DNA of 64,000 nucleotides from Nageia nagi (taxonomy: Eukaryota > Plantae > Pinophyta). The position numbers and the translations under genes were made by a program. Positions 41,042-55,700 of the stretch are shown here, one piece after another. The stretch lies in the NCBI GenBank assembly GCA_050084985.1, contig JBITNC010000001.1, positions 134,788,001 to 134,852,000 of the forward strand. The letters run 5' to 3'. Below the pieces are notes generated by a model. It was not told where the DNA came from. It saw only the letters and a list, made by a program, of their open reading frames with translations, and did not search any database. Numbering within the stretch: the first letter of the stretch is position 1; each line of letters opens with the position of its first letter.

Positions 41042-43030
41042 TGTTACAAATCAATCCATAAAGCAAACTAGAAGTTCTAATTATACTCTATCATGCTAAA
41101 CAACAACTGGGCGAAACTAACACCCAAAATAGAAACATTTAATCCTAAACTAGAAGACAAAAAATGACATCCCACACATGCTAAAAATAGGACTTCAGGC
41201 TCTGTTTGTAAGCGCACTATGCCTAGAGTGAGCCGCACTACGCCTGAGATGAAGCCATGAGGTGCACTATGCCTGGTGTGAAGTGCAATGCGCCTAGGAG
41301 CAGAAGGCTGAAAACGTAGAAAACTCATAATTGAACCTCGGATTGCGAGCTAAGTTTCCAACATTCTCCCCCTTGATGCTAAGGGGACTCAATAACAAGC
41401 TCCTCAGCATCAAAAACTGAGTTTTAAAAACCCCTTTGGTGAAGATATCTGCAATGTTGTCCAAGGTGTTGCAATGCCTCAGTTTGATGATGTTCTTCTC
41501 CACCATATCCTGGATGAAGTGATACTTCATGTCAAAAATGCTTGGATTTGTTGTAGTGGACTGGATTATGTGCCAATCCAAAGGCACTCTGATTGTCACA
41601 AAACAGAACAGTAGGACCACTTTGTCTCTCATTAAGTTCCTCCAGAGCTTTCCTCCAAACATTCAAAACCATCAAATCTTAGTCATTATAACACAACATG
41701 AATTTATGGAGTCTCCCTCCAAACCCATCAAATCTTGGAATTTTGTTAAGAAATTCCTACATTAGATTTACTCCATGCTAGAATCCTTTGAAACATTGCT
41801 TATTCCAAGTAGGTGAATCAAATAATGGACAAACTCAAGTAGCCATTAAGCTAAATATGATAAACATGACCAAAACCAAGAATAGACACACTTGTACCTC
41901 AAAAATCCTCCATATTTCATTGTTAGTCTATGTTCAAACTTCATATAAATGACTCCTTGTCAAGGACTACTTTCTTCTTTCTTTGCTCTATAATGGAGGA
42001 ATCATAAACTCAATACATGCATAAGAATGGGGATATTTTAATCATCCTATCTTGTACATATTTCACCCTCTGTCAAACATCATAAATGGACATATCTCAT
42101 CATTCTCACCTCAATTGGCTCTAATATCCTCTACCAAAAACACCCACACAGAAATAATCCAAGTTTATAGAAGCACCATGGTTCAAGAAATAATCCAAGT
42201 TTAAAGAAGCACCATGGCTCTTCAAACACCTAGGTATAAAACCTAAACCTCATAATGATTACATTTTCACCTATCTACAAGATCAATGAATGGGTAGTCT
42301 CTTGCATCCTTGCTCTCCAAGACAATGTTCTTGCTAACTTTTCTTCACATTACAATAATCAAACTGTAGAATGCCTTTCTCAAGAAGGCTTTCCATGTTC
42401 TCTAGCATGCAAAAATTTCTTCCACATCCTCTTTGATAACTTACCAAGTTATTTTTTTTAGTTTTCTCTTTTAATGTCCAATGACAATTTTGGCTTTACA
42501 ACGACAGTTTTATCTTCTGCTTCAAGCCTAATCATTTTATTCTTTGATCCTTGACTTCAATAAATATTATACTATCTTTTCTTGTACAAAATCTGGATAG
42601 CATAACACTTTTCTATTTACATCATTGTCTTCATATATGTCTATTATTCTCGTCATTTTGACCATATCTACCTTAACATGTTAAGAACGCCCTGTAGTGC
42701 CATCGTTAGATTGACCTACTAAGTACTACCCAAGGCTTGGAATGGATTAAGTATGGAGCTTTTCCGTACTTCCATTCATTTTTTTTCAAAAAGACCTCGT
42801 AGGTAAAAACTCCTTGGTGTCGATTAAGACATCACAAGTATTAGAAGCTCTATTCATACTTAAATAATGATAATTCCTATCAACATCATCCTCAAGTCTA
42901 ATTGGAGAAGGCAAAGAAATAAAACTAGTACTATTAGTATTAAGAGGAAATATCCATGACATCATCATCAAGAAGATTAGGAAAAGCCTAAGGAAAACCT
43001 TAGCAATGCCATCACTGAACCTTGCATCCA
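41042..43030 (-). mobile_element. Internally deleted Ty1/copia element (gag remnant, RNase H end, PPT, 3' LTR)
   Basis: RH C-terminus DMKYHFIQDMV..NIADIFTK (41400-41560); PPT TCAAGGGGGAGAA then TGTTGG at 41363; LTR contains four ~21-bp GCGCACTATGCCT units; UBN2-like gag remnants ~42300-42950; left boundary approximate. Confidence 0.7.
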
Positions 43031-43405
43031 TACGAATGATATATTCTTATTTTTGTTATTATAAATTCTAAGCCTTTCAATCATCATTACAAACGACGTT
43101 GTATTTATCCCTTTTGAGTTCCAAGGTTGACTTTTTCTCTTCAACAATATAGTATCATGCATTAAATTCAAAAAATACATAAATGAGAAATACAAGGTTT
43201 GCAACTACAGAACTTCTCTAATGTTACATCACAACTCTATTGGAAGAAAAATTAATAATTTAGAACGGAGTAACCACATATGCCTGAAATGTCAAGTCAA
43301 TTTGAGCTAAATCATGCATCTAGCCATATCCACCAATGTCTTGTATTTGAATACTCTATTTTGTTAAGGAGTATACTGAATTGTATGTTGACATACAATA
43401 CCGTG

Positions 43406-43607
43406 CCTTTATCAAGATCATAATTAACACATTCTTTTCCATGGTCAAGACTCGGTCATTTAATGAAATTGACAATTTGTTAAATGTCTTGTTACATCAC
43501 TTTACATACCCTTTATCAAGATCATAATTAACACATTCTTTTCCATGGTCAATACTCGGTCATTTAATGAAATTGACAATTTGTTAAATGTCTTGTTACA
43601 TCACTTT
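43406..43607. repeat. Near-perfect tandem duplication, period 104 bp
   Basis: CCTTTATCAAGATCATAATTAACAC...TTACATCACTTT at 43406 and 43510. Confidence 0.9.
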
Positions 43608-45747
43608 TCTAAAAATGCACAGTTCATCTCTCTTAAAGAAATTATCATTGGAATTAAGAAAATACTTGTCACCTATAATAAGGGGTTGTCATATGACCAT
43701 GCAAATCAAAATGAGAAAAACACTATCTATCTAGTAGTACGACGAGCATCTGTACTTAACAAAAGAATCTTGATGATGTTATTAAGAAGGCAACCTCATA
43801 CACACCAGTGCACCATATAAAAGACCTTGGAAAATGTATTTCCTATGAATAAACATGACTGATCCTTCATTAAGGTAGCCAAACTCACATAGCCGTGACT
43901 TGCTTATATCATTTGCTTAAGATACAGTTGTATGCCACCCTTTCCAAGGACTTTATTGAATGGTTCTGTTAACTTTGACAATTCTTTAGTCCATTACAAG
44001 TGTTGGTAGGAAAAGAAATGTAATTGTCATAGTGATTGATCACAACCTTGAAGGCGAAAAATGTCAACCTTTTTCCATTTTGCATGCTTCTAAATGAAAA
44101 GCAAATTGAGATACAATTGAAACATAATGATAATGTCAATCTAGATATTTGGAATATTTACTCCACCCTTACCCTCAATCTATAATGTGTCAATTTTAGG
44201 TCACATGAATCATCTAAATTCCTCCCCAATCATAAGAGGAAACAAGTAGATATCATCTTTAATATGATGAGAGCATCTACATTCATATACAATCATTCAA
44301 GAAGATGAAGAAACACAAAAATGTTCTTGAACATGCATCTAGAAAATCATGTCCATAATATTTTTAATTAATTTATACCATTTTGGCTTGAATTTTTTCT
44401 TTTGGTGTTATCTTGTCATCCTCAATTATTGCAAAATTGTTTCAAGCAAGGTTATACATGGGTTGGGAAAGGGGGTACTAAGAAACACGTATTAGGAGTT
44501 GATAGGGAACAAGGACCTAATTTTGGGGGACAACTTGGAAATAGCAAGGGCATGGCAAGTATATAACTAGTAAAAATTCATAGAATTAACAAATTTTTGA
44601 GAAATAATAGGTAAAATTTAATGTACTTTATTATCAAATAGATGGTGGAATCGATGGCAAGAAGCAACAACGGAGGAGCAGCAAGTGGCGATGGAGAATT
44701 TGGGGATGGAGGTTTCCTAGGGGATGGGGGAACAGAGACAAGAGACTCCAAACCTCGTGACCAACATTGACAGGGGTGGACAAAAGGACCCCACAGCATG
44801 GCGCCCAATTGACCTAGAGGTGGGTACCTAGAGTGGTGCACTGCGGTGGGTAAGAAGAACAAGAACCTTACCCCATACTTATAACCTTCAACTTGTGGAT
44901 GGTAAGTTAAGGATCCCATGGGAAATTTTAAGTTCTACTCTGATGGAAGGAATGTGGGACCTAGTTGGAGGATTCCAGGGTCCAAGACTTGACATAGATG
45001 CTTTGAGAAGATGGGTAATGGCTAAATGGAACCCTTGTGGGGGTATGGAGATGGTTGCCCCACCAAAGGATTCATTCTAGTCCGTTTGATGGCAAAAGTG
45101 GATATGAGGAATATCTTTCCAAATGGCCCATGGTTCTTTGGTCACTAAGGTTTCTTTTTAAAAAAAGGAGCAAAGAATTTGACCCACATGTGCAGTCTAT
45201 CAACACGGGCCCAATATGGGTCCAACTCCCAAGACTCATTGTATGTCTCTGGCACGAGGATGTCATCATGGGATAGCTCCTTATATTGGAACACCCATTA
45301 TGTTGGAAAATGCAACTAGAACAAGATCAAGAATGGTTTTCGCTAGAGTTTATGTGGAAGTGAACCTAAAGGTAACCCCACCTACTTTGATTGAAATGGA
45401 TTCGAATCTGGCATCATGGACTTAACTAATAGAATATGAGAATAAAGTGATGCCTCCAATGGAAAAACCCCATGTTCTAAGGAAAGATTTGTTGAAAGAA
45501 CCGATAGAGAGGACCCAATGGCAGATGAATCGAGGCAAGAAGAGAAGAGCTAGGAAGAAGCCTCAACAATCCTAGTGATCAAAAAACCTTATAGAGCCAA
45601 AAGGGAAAGACATTGTGAATGCGAACGAGGGCATGAACATTCGGAGTTGGGAATTGTGCAAACCAAGTATTTTGGGAAATAAGAAGATTAAACAAATGCT
45701 TGACCATCCTCCTATTTTGGAAAACAAGGAAAGGGGTTTGTGCTTAG

Positions 45748-47400
45748 CCAACTCTTTTGAACCATTAGTGCTTGGTGAGGAAGAGGAAGAGGATTGGAGT
45801 GACCTGAATGTGGGAGATGGTACCCTGTCTCTAGGAGTGGAACCCTTGGATATTCGGCACCCAAATGAGGATTTTTTGGGTAAGTCGGAAGAGGAAGGAA
45901 CCATCAGAGATTTGGAGGAGGCTGATATGCCGCATTATGACAAATTCTCTCCCCAAGTTAGCGAGGAGAATAAGCAATAAGGTTCAAAATCAGAAGGGGG
46001 TAAGAAGATCCTCTATGATTTGGAAAAGGACCTTCCTCCCTTAGTAGGAGAGGTTCAAGGACTAGAACTTGATGGAGATAAGGTGAATTTGGGCAACCCA
46101 GAGAGAGACCTTCTCCCATTTGTGGGAAGGGGCAGAGAGAGATCTCCTCTATATGAGAAAAGTGGGAATAGTAATCTTGTTGATTCACTATATCCCAGGC
46201 CACAGACGCGAGCTAGGAAAAGAGTTATTTTGGATGTTGGAATTGAGAGAAGGCCAAGATGGATTCCAAATAGAGAGTTATGGCGAAGGGAAGTTGAGAT
46301 AACCAACTCTTTTGAACCATTAGTGCTTGGTGAGGAAGAGGAAGAGGATTGGAGCGACTTGAATGTGGGAGATGGTACCCTATCTCAAGGAGTGGAACCC
46401 TTGGATATTTGGACCCTAGATGAGGATTTTTTGGGTGAGTCCGAAGAGGAAGGAACCATCGAAGATTGGGAGGAGGCTAATATGTCACGTTATGAAAAAT
46501 TCTCTCCCCAAGTTAGGGAGAAGAATAAGAAACAAGGTTCAGAATCGGAAGGGGGTAAGAAGATCCTCTATGATTTGGAAAAGGACCTTTCTCTCTTAGT
46601 GGGAGAGGTTCAGGGACCAAAACTTGATGAACGAGATAAGGAGAATTTGGACAGCCCGGAGAGAGACCTTCTCCCATTTGTGGAAAGGGACAAAGAGAGG
46701 TCTCCTTTGTTTGAGACAAGTGGGAATAGTAATCTTATTGATTCGCTATATCTAGGGCCATAAATGAGAGCTAGGAAAAGAGTTATTTTGGATTCTGGAA
46801 TTGAGAGAATGTTAGTACGGATTCCAAATATTTGGAAGGGAAGCTAAGATAGCCAACGTTTTGAACCATTAGTGCTTGGTGACAAAGAGGAAAAGGATTG
46901 GAGCGCCTTGAATGTGCGAGATGGTACCCAGTATCTAGGAGTGGAACCCTTGGATATTCGACCCCCGAATGAGTATTTTTTTGGTGAGTTGGAAGAGGAA
47001 AGAACCATCAAACATTGGGAGGATATGTTGCATTATGACAGATTCTCTCCCCAAGTTAGGGAGGATAATAAGCAGCAAGGTTCAGAATCGGAAGGAGGTA
47101 AGAAGATCCTCTATGATTTGGTAAAGGACCTTCCTCCCTTAGTGGGATAGGTTCAAGGACCAAAACTTGATGAAGGTGATAAGGAGAATTTGGACAGCCC
47201 GGAGAGAGACCTTCTCCCATTTGTGGGAAGGGATGGAGAGTGGTTTCCTCTATCTGAGACAAGTGGGAGTAGTAATCCTACTGATTTGCTATATCCTAGG
47301 CCATAGACACGAGCTAAAAAAAGAGCTATTTTGGATGTTGGAATTGAGAGAAAGCCAGGATGGATTCCAAATAGACAGTTACGGAGAAGGGAGGCTGAGA
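45748..47400 (+). repeat. Three tandem ~550-555-bp copies inside LINE ORF1
   Basis: Units start CCAAC..TTTGAACCATTAGTGCTTGGTGA at 45748, 46303 and 46853; each encodes NSFEPLVLGEEEEEDWSDLNVGDG. Confidence 0.95.
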
Positions 47401-50400
47401 ACGACATTGCAAATGGTTCTAAGACTACCCTAGATTCACTACGAAGAACAAAGGTAAGGGGGTTAGAGATGGTGGAGGATTGACGCTCTCTTTAACCCTG
47501 AAGAAGCAACCCCTTTTGTATAATCTAAGGAAATGAAGATCATAGGTTGGAACTGTTGAGGCCTCAATGGGCACCATAGACAAAGGGCCCTAGTAGACTT
47601 AAGGATGAAACAAAAACCTATGATTATTTTGTTGCAAGAAACAAAGGTGTTGGATATTAACACAGATGCAGTTTGTAAAGTAGTGTGGAGGGGTGCTCAT
47701 TTTGTTGCTGCTCTAGTAGTTGGCAAGTCTGGAGGGTTGCTTTGCCTTTGGGATCCAAACAAGGTGGGAGGTCATGTTCTTTCAATTTTTGATAATGTCA
47801 TCAATATTTTGTTCCTTTGTAAGGAGTCAAGTATTCGATGGATATGTTCAAATGTTTATGGTCGAAATTCTTTAGTGAGTAAAGCTACTCTATGGAACAG
47901 TCTCAGTCTGATGTGTAAACAATTTGAAATTGAAATATGGATGGTGGCTAGGGATATTAATGCTACCCTGTATCCTTCAGATAAATTGGGAGGAAACCCT
48001 TAGTTATTTGGGGGGATCGAAACCTTTGCAAATTTTGTTCATGCTAATGAATTCATAGATGCTTTGATTTAAGAGGACACCAATACACCTAGAGCAATCG
48101 GCATGTGAACATGGCTTTGATTCAAAGTAGAATTGATAGATACTTGGTCTCTAAAGAAGGCTTTGCTTTCTTTGGAAATGGCCTCCTTTCGACATTGACG
48201 AAGATTGACTCAGGTCATAGTCCTTCGCCTTTCAGTGTAGAAGAAGATAGAAATTTTTTTAGTACTCCATTCAGGTTTGAATCTATGCGGTTGAGACACG
48301 AGAACTTGGAAATGTTCATTCAAGAATGGTGGTCAGAGGACTTCAGGGGATCCAAGATGTTACAGGTTGCTAACAAACTTCAGCGGATTAAGTCTAATCT
48401 GAAGGAATGGAACAAGAAGACGTTTGGTAATATTTTTATTCAAAAAAGGGAGCTAAGGGTGTAACTTGATGCTATAGAAGCTGAAATAAATAGAGGTTTT
48501 TTTCATGATCAGCAGAAATCTAGAGAAAAAATTCTTTTAGCAGAATACCACAATCTCATGGCCTGTGAAGAAACATTTTGGCGACAGAAGTCTCAATCCT
48601 TATGGCCAAAAGGAGGAGACAGAAATACGAATTTTTCCATCTAACAGCCATGAAACATAGATGCTATAGTAAAATTAAAGAGTTGATAGGAGTTGAAGTT
48701 TGGAAAGATGATCAGGCTATTAACTCTTTGTTGGAGCACCTTCCCCCTCTTATTACAAATGAGATGAATTCCTTTCCAACTAAGCCCTTTGAGGAAAAGG
48801 AGATCAAAGAGGTTGTTTTCTCTTTAGAGGGGGAGAAATCCGCAAGAACCGATGGCTTTCCTGTTATATTATTCCAAAGGTTCTGGCACATAGTGGGTAA
48901 TTATATTGTTGAGGCAGTTTTAGAATTTCGGCGCCAAGCTTCCCTTTCGGAAGGTGTTAATGCCGCATTTTTAGCGCTCATTCCTAAAATTCATGGAGCA
49001 AAGGAGCTGAAAGACTTTCAACCCATTAGCTTATGCAATTTAATCTATAATTTTTCCTCCAAAGTAGTCCTTCATTCTATCATAAATCAACTCCAAGATG
49101 GTCTTGTGGCAGGGAGGTAGATTTTAGATGGTATAATTCTTGTGCATGAAGTGCTACACTCCTTGGAGGCAAGCAAAAGAGCAGGATTCATATTAAAATT
49201 AGATATGAATAAAGCTTATGATCGGGTATCTTGGAACTTTCTGATGCAAGTGTTGGAAAATTTTGGCTTCTGAGAAAGATGGAGAACTCTAATTAATTTA
49301 AGCATTTCAGCAGTGAAGTTCTCTGTTCTTGTAAACGGCTCCCCTGCAGGCTATTTTAGAAGCTTTCGTGGGTTGAGAGAAGGGGATCCCTTGTTACTCT
49401 ACCTCTTCATAATTCTTGCAGAAGCATTAGGGAGAACTATTGCTTCAGCGGTGGACATGGGCAGATAACAGGTATTAGACCAACTACACAAGTGGATCCG
49501 GTATCTCATCAACAATTTGTGGATGATACGATAATAATATCCAGATCTACTTTAGACCAAGCTAAGCTGATTAAAGAAATCTTAAGTCTGTATGAGCGGG
49601 CAGCTGGTCAAAAGGTGAATTTTAACAAGAGTAAACTCTATTTTCTCAATTCTCGTGGGAGAATCCAAGGGAAAATTGCAAGAATTTTAGGCGATGACAT
49701 AGTGGATCTCCCATCTTTGAAATGTCCCCATTTTTATGGTGTTTTCCCCATTTCACCACTAATAATGGGAACATTAGATTATGAGTATTTTTATTTAATT
49801 TTGGCAATTTATTAGATTTTATGACCAATTATTGTAAGTTTCACTTGGAGAACAATTAATTACTCCAATTCTGGAACGTTGGGGCCTATTTTAGCAAATT
49901 AAGAATTATTTTATATTTTTATGCCAATAATCATGTAATTAAAATACCAAGGCCATAGTCTCCATTAATGGGGCGTTGCATATATTTAGCCTTGATGAAT
50001 GTAATGTTGCCATTAATGGGCCTCTTTTGTAATTATTGCTCTCCTTATAAGGTAGAGCAAGATACCAAGGTATTTTTACCTACTACGAGGCATTGGAAGA
50101 CTCCACACGTGGACGTTGGGATTGAGGAGGAAGATTGGACCATCAAGATGTGAAATTGGGCATCCCAAGACACCCACATCTCCCTTGGAGGCTCTTAGAC
50201 CGAAGTTGGTGATATCTAGGCGCATGGAAGACTCCCATAACCCAACGTTGGCATTCCTGGCCCTTACATGTGATTAGTCCCATCTTGAGGCATCTTGATC
50301 TTGGACGTGGGTTATGAGAGCACACGGATTACCCTTGGACACCATTGGATGAGATCACATCAATCCCAACAAATGATTAGAAGAGCTACCTCATCTATAT

Positions 50401-52762
50401 AAGGAGGATTCCTAGAAGACTAAAGGCATGCGATTATTATTACTTCTTCTCTCTTCTTGGTTGGAGATTGTCTCTTCTAGAATTCCACTTCTTCGAAGTG
50501 AGGTACCTGTAGCGGGCTGCAGTACAGGACTTATGTGGGCACACACTTGGGGGTTGGCACAACCCAAGTTGTCAGCTAGCTCTCTAGGGGTGTTGGAATT
50601 ACCCTGGATTACTGTAACACTGCCAATGGATCTCTGAGATCCCACCACAACTACTAACAAAGGAAGCCCTAGTGCATGCTTTGCGACACTATGGATACTA
50701 AGACCTGGAGCACCAATCTCATAGCATAATCTTGTAATTGAGGTCCACCATCATTTCTTATTTGAATAAATTACATTATTTTGCTATTATCTTGTCATTT
50801 GTCTGCTTGTGCTTAGGTGTTGGATCTAGGAAGGGTTTTGCGTTGTTATTTCGTAATTTGGCTTCCTTAAGCCCTACGTTGGGTGTTTATGTGCATATGA
50901 TAGGTGTTTGCTTCATTATTACCAATAATAGCTAGACATTGGATAACTTACATTATTTTAAGCATTGTTGGTGAGATCTGGAGCTTGGAAACCAATGTCC
51001 CTCTCCTAGGGCACGTTTGGTGGCTTTGGTTGATCCGAACTTGAGGGATTTACGAGAAATCCCCGGTGAGCCCTAGTTAATCTCATCACAATGGTATCAG
51101 AGCCAAGATCTTGCCATCCTGCTAGGTAAGGTCTTGAGGAGAAATTATTGGAGTGTATTCTGAGGAAGATCTCTCCATCCTGCTAGAGAGAAGTGGTTGA
51201 GATGAAGGAGATCTCTCCATCCTATTGGAGAGTAGCTACTGAAGTAGATCTTGCAGTCCTAATAGAAGATCTAAGGAGGTTTGAGACATCACAGTGGTAT
51301 TGACCTGAGATCACAGTTGTCTCGAAGAATTGAGGAGATATGAGGCGAGATTTGGAGAAGAGAGTTTTTTTAAGCTTGGATCCGATTCTTGTGGAAAATA
51401 GAAGGCTGATGTTGAGGTTGTGGTACCGTTTTTGCTGGATCTGGACACTAGGAGACCTACGTTGGAGATCTAGGAGGATAGATCTCACCTTCTGGCAGTT
51501 TGTTGGACCTGAGTTGACTACATTTTCGAGTTTGAAGGCTTCAAGGAGGAACGTCTACCTTGGTGAGAGGTAACTTTCAAAATTTTGATTAATTTTCATC
51601 AAGTTTGAGGTTCATTTCTGCATTGGAGGCCTAGATTTGTGTAAGTTTGGCCATTCTCGGGTTAACATGTTTGGAAGCAATTTTGAGGACCATTTGGAAT
51701 TTCTAAAACCTTTCAAGGAGGTCGTTTGGCATTTTTAAGGCCAATTGAAGGTTCGTTTGCATTCTAGAGGGACCATTCTGCGTTTTGGAGGTGAACGTGT
51801 GGTTCTTGGAGGGTCAAATTTTGAAATTTGACATATTTTTGCCTTGCTAACGGCAAAATGGAGGCTTGGGAGGCTTAACTTGCTGAAGAGACTACAAAAT
51901 TTAGTCACAAGAGCTTGGACATTTTGGGATCTTGGCATGCATTATTGAGATTTGGAGATAGTTTGCATCAGATCTAGTGTTTGAGGCTATTTGTGTGTGA
52001 ATGTTGAGCTTTGAGGAGGCACAAATTTAATCAGAATTGATTTTTGGGATCACAACCCATAGGCTTGATTAATTTGGCATCTGGACCGGATCATCCACCA
52101 TCGAAGGAGTTAAATTTCAGGTTTGATCTATTTTAATTATGCAATTTATTTGAAGCTTCAAAATTATGTGGATTTAATTTATTTTGAGTAGGAGGAATAA
52201 GGAGAAAATAAAAACTAAATTTGGAATTATTTTATTTAATTTAATTTGACAAGAAAATTAAATTAGGAGAAATATGGGATTTTAATTTTAAGTGTTCAAG
52301 AAAATTTGAAATTTGGAGGAAAAGCAAGATGCAAATGTGAAAAGCAAATTTCGAATATTTTTGAGACACTATAAAGCTAGACGTTGGAGTGCAAGGAGAG
52401 CACATCATTTTTTGAAGAGATAAAATTCGAAGTTAGGAGATGGAGGCAATTCATTGGGGCATTGAGAAGCTGGGAGATAGTCGTTGAGCACATAAAAGAG
52501 ACCTGAAGAAATTTGTCTGGTATCTGGAGGGCCTAAGAATAATTTGTTTGGCAATAAGGAAGCTTGAAGACATTCGTTGGGCTTCTAGGAGGCTCACATT
52601 AGCTCATCATCACCTCCAAGAAGTTTGTCCACTCTTAGGAGGCTTCTACACATTTTTAGAGTGCAATTTCCGACTTTGAGAAGTCCATACTCAGCTTGGG
52701 TACAGTTTGTCCAGATTGAGATGCTTTCACAATAATTTCAGATCTGAGTTTCCATATAGACC

Positions 52763-55700
52763 ATGGCATTCTCAAGTGGGAAGGAGTTGATGGAAAGACT
52801 TATGAAAGCAAAAAGGAATTTGGGACTCTCATTTCAAACCCAGGATGAGATCCAATCCACCTTAGAAGAACTAGAAGACTGCTTGCACATGGTAAGTTCG
52901 TCCCAATTTCAGGAAGCTTTGATTTTGTAATGTCCCCATTTTTTAGGTGTTTTCCCCATTTCACCTCTGATAAATGGGAACATTAATTTAGGAGTGTTTT
53001 TGTCAATATTTTTATAATTTGGCCAAAAGGATGTAAATTCCACTTAGATACTCAATAAAGCCTTAATTATGGAATAAATGGTCCTTTTATTTATTTATTT
53101 GCCAAAATGCTAATTAATGATGTATTTGTGATACCAAGGCAACTATAAATGTAAATGCAATATCAGTCTCATTGAACGAGGCGTTACATATTCTAGCCTT
53201 GATGATTGTAGTATTGGCATTAAATGTATCTCTAATCATTAGTTCTCCCCTCTTCAAATTAGAGCATCCCCCTAGGTGATTGCGACTACGAGAACATTTG
53301 TAGCACCAAGGTTGAACCTCGCACTTTGAACTAAGCGTTGGCGATCTCAATGCAAGTAAACGGCCCTAGAACATGGACATTGGGCTTTGGAGGATCCCAA
53401 GGCCCCATGTTGGCTACCTAGGCACATGGACTGATGGCGTTGATCACAAGGCACTCTAAAATCACCCCCTCTTGGATGTTGGCTTTTCTAGGCCCTCGGA
53501 TGTGATTACACTTATCCCAAGGCTTCCTGTCTTGGTCATTGCATACATGAGCACAAGGATCATATCTCTCCATCGTTGGATCATCCCCAATACAAGATTA
53601 GAAGATGATCATCTTCACCTATAAAAGGAGAACTCATATTCATTATAAGATATGCTAAATTTGATTATAAACCCTTTTTATTTCGGATTGAGTGGAGGCT
53701 CTATCTTTGCCACTTGTAGGGCGACTTGCATTTGAGGTATCGAAGGAAGACGAGGCTACCTTCGAACTTACTCTAGCCATCTTGAGAGGAACGTTGTTGG
53801 TTCCATCACAGTTGCTACAAAGGAGACCCGGTCTTGGCTCAATGCTTCTAGGATTGGTGAGGCCCTAGAGCCATCCGAAATAACCCAATAGGAGACAATA
53901 TCGATACAAACTCCATTGGTTGACAAAAACATTGCAATTGCTCTACTCTTGCTATATTCAATACAATTACATTCTATTGTCGAAATATTGTTGTCTATCT
54001 CTCTATGATTGGACATCGGATTGTGGAGTAGTTTCTATATTATTCGAGTATCAAACTGGGAAGTTGCATTTGGGGTGAAGTTTACATTGTTTACTTGTTA
54101 TTTTTGTTCCCTGATTGGTACGTTGGAATATTGGGAGGATTATATGCTCGTTTGATGTGTTCTTGCTTCCTAACTGGGATGTTGCAACCGGAGAGGTATG
54201 TTGCATTGTTGAAGTTACTCATTGCTGCATAATTGGGACGTTGGATCTGGAAGTGCGTTTTCATTTCTTAAGACCTGTTTTTCCTTCTTTGCCTGGGTGT
54301 TGGGTTGTGTGTGAATTTTCGGAATATCTTTGCAAAATTTATCAATCCTAGCTAGACATTGGAATACTTGTGCAATTTTGAGCTTGCTTTGGCCAATTTT
54401 AAGGCCAGAATCCAAACATCCCTCTCCTAGGGCACATTTGAGGATTGAGCCCGAAAACGGCTCATCACAGATTCCTACAATTTTATCTTTGAGCAAGTCA
54501 AAATGGGTAGAGCACACAAAGGCAAAGCTAAGAATTAGGGTTACTTATAGTTTAAGTGGGATTTTAAGAATTTCATCACCAAAACCTCCATATGATGATA
54601 ATAAATTGAGGATGATGCTTCAATTTATGGTTGATAGTTTTGAAAATTTGGGACAAATCACAAGTTCCCAATTTTCTAAGAGGGTTACTATGCTTGAGGC
54701 ATTTGCAAAAACCAGAATAGGCAACATCATGTTAGAATTGGGCATGGATAGCTGATCTACACAATGTTTCACCTTTTCATCCCTTCAGTTAGAGAAGAGC
54801 ACGTTGATAATGTTGTCACAACAATGAGAGACATTATGACCTTGATCGTAGATGAAAGTGATTCCATTTACCAACCACTCTTATCTACATTTTTGGATAT
54901 ATTTTTGGATTATTGGAAACAAGACTTGGTTACTTCTTTTGCTGCACATGAGTTGGTTAACAGTGTGATTAGGCAGTTTGAAGAGAAGCTGAAACCATTT
55001 GCAGAACAAGAGGAGACAATAGCCAAAGCTTCCCTTACAGTTATTTCCCCACCACATGAGGCAAGAAAAGAAGATCACGATGAGAACACTTTAGCTTGTA
55101 AGCATGATGAGGGAATTGATTCTATTCACAATGAGGACGCACACAGCAAATTGGTTGGAGAGAAGATTGATGAAGTGGAAGAGGATGACTTGTTACTACG
55201 GAAGACATTTTCCAAAGATAAAACAATGTCGTCCAAAATTGTTGCTACACTGGTTTTTGAAGAAGACCTTTGGGCAAAATTTGGAACTATATTAGTAAGG
55301 AATGTGGGCACAAGAAAAGCCAACGATTCATTGATAAGAAGAGATGAGGGAGGAACATTAAGAAGTATGATATCTTGTAATACTTTGTCATGTATGATAA
55401 ATATGGCTGCATTTAAGGAGGCAAAATGGGTTGTATTTGCTGAGGTATTGGGGCCTGCAGCTACAATGTTAGCACTTGGGGTAGACCCTTGGTTGCTATT
55501 TCATGTTGTTGTACCATTGGCTGATTGGGAGGAAGGAGACAAATTTCATTTATGGCATAAAACGATGCTACATCACACAGCCATAAGGGATGAAGAAGGT
55601 TCGAGTTTGGATACATTTGGGAGTCTAAAGGAACCAAAGTTTGAAGAATCCAAACATGCTTCATGGAAAAAAGATGAATATATGTCAAAGTTTGTTGATT

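Noticed and set aside
41210-41300. Regularly spaced short repeats resembling a CRISPR array
   Set aside because: Tandem ~21-bp units without unique spacers, inside a copia LTR in eukaryotic DNA
44447-44640. MITE-like start CAAGGTTATACATGGG before the LINE
   Set aside because: Other end not in the window, so it cannot be verified
50143-51573. Several ORFs in the LTR and leader of the PDS5 element (with copies at 56074 and 57947)
   Set aside because: LTR-derived, no protein motifs; they recur only because the LTR is duplicated
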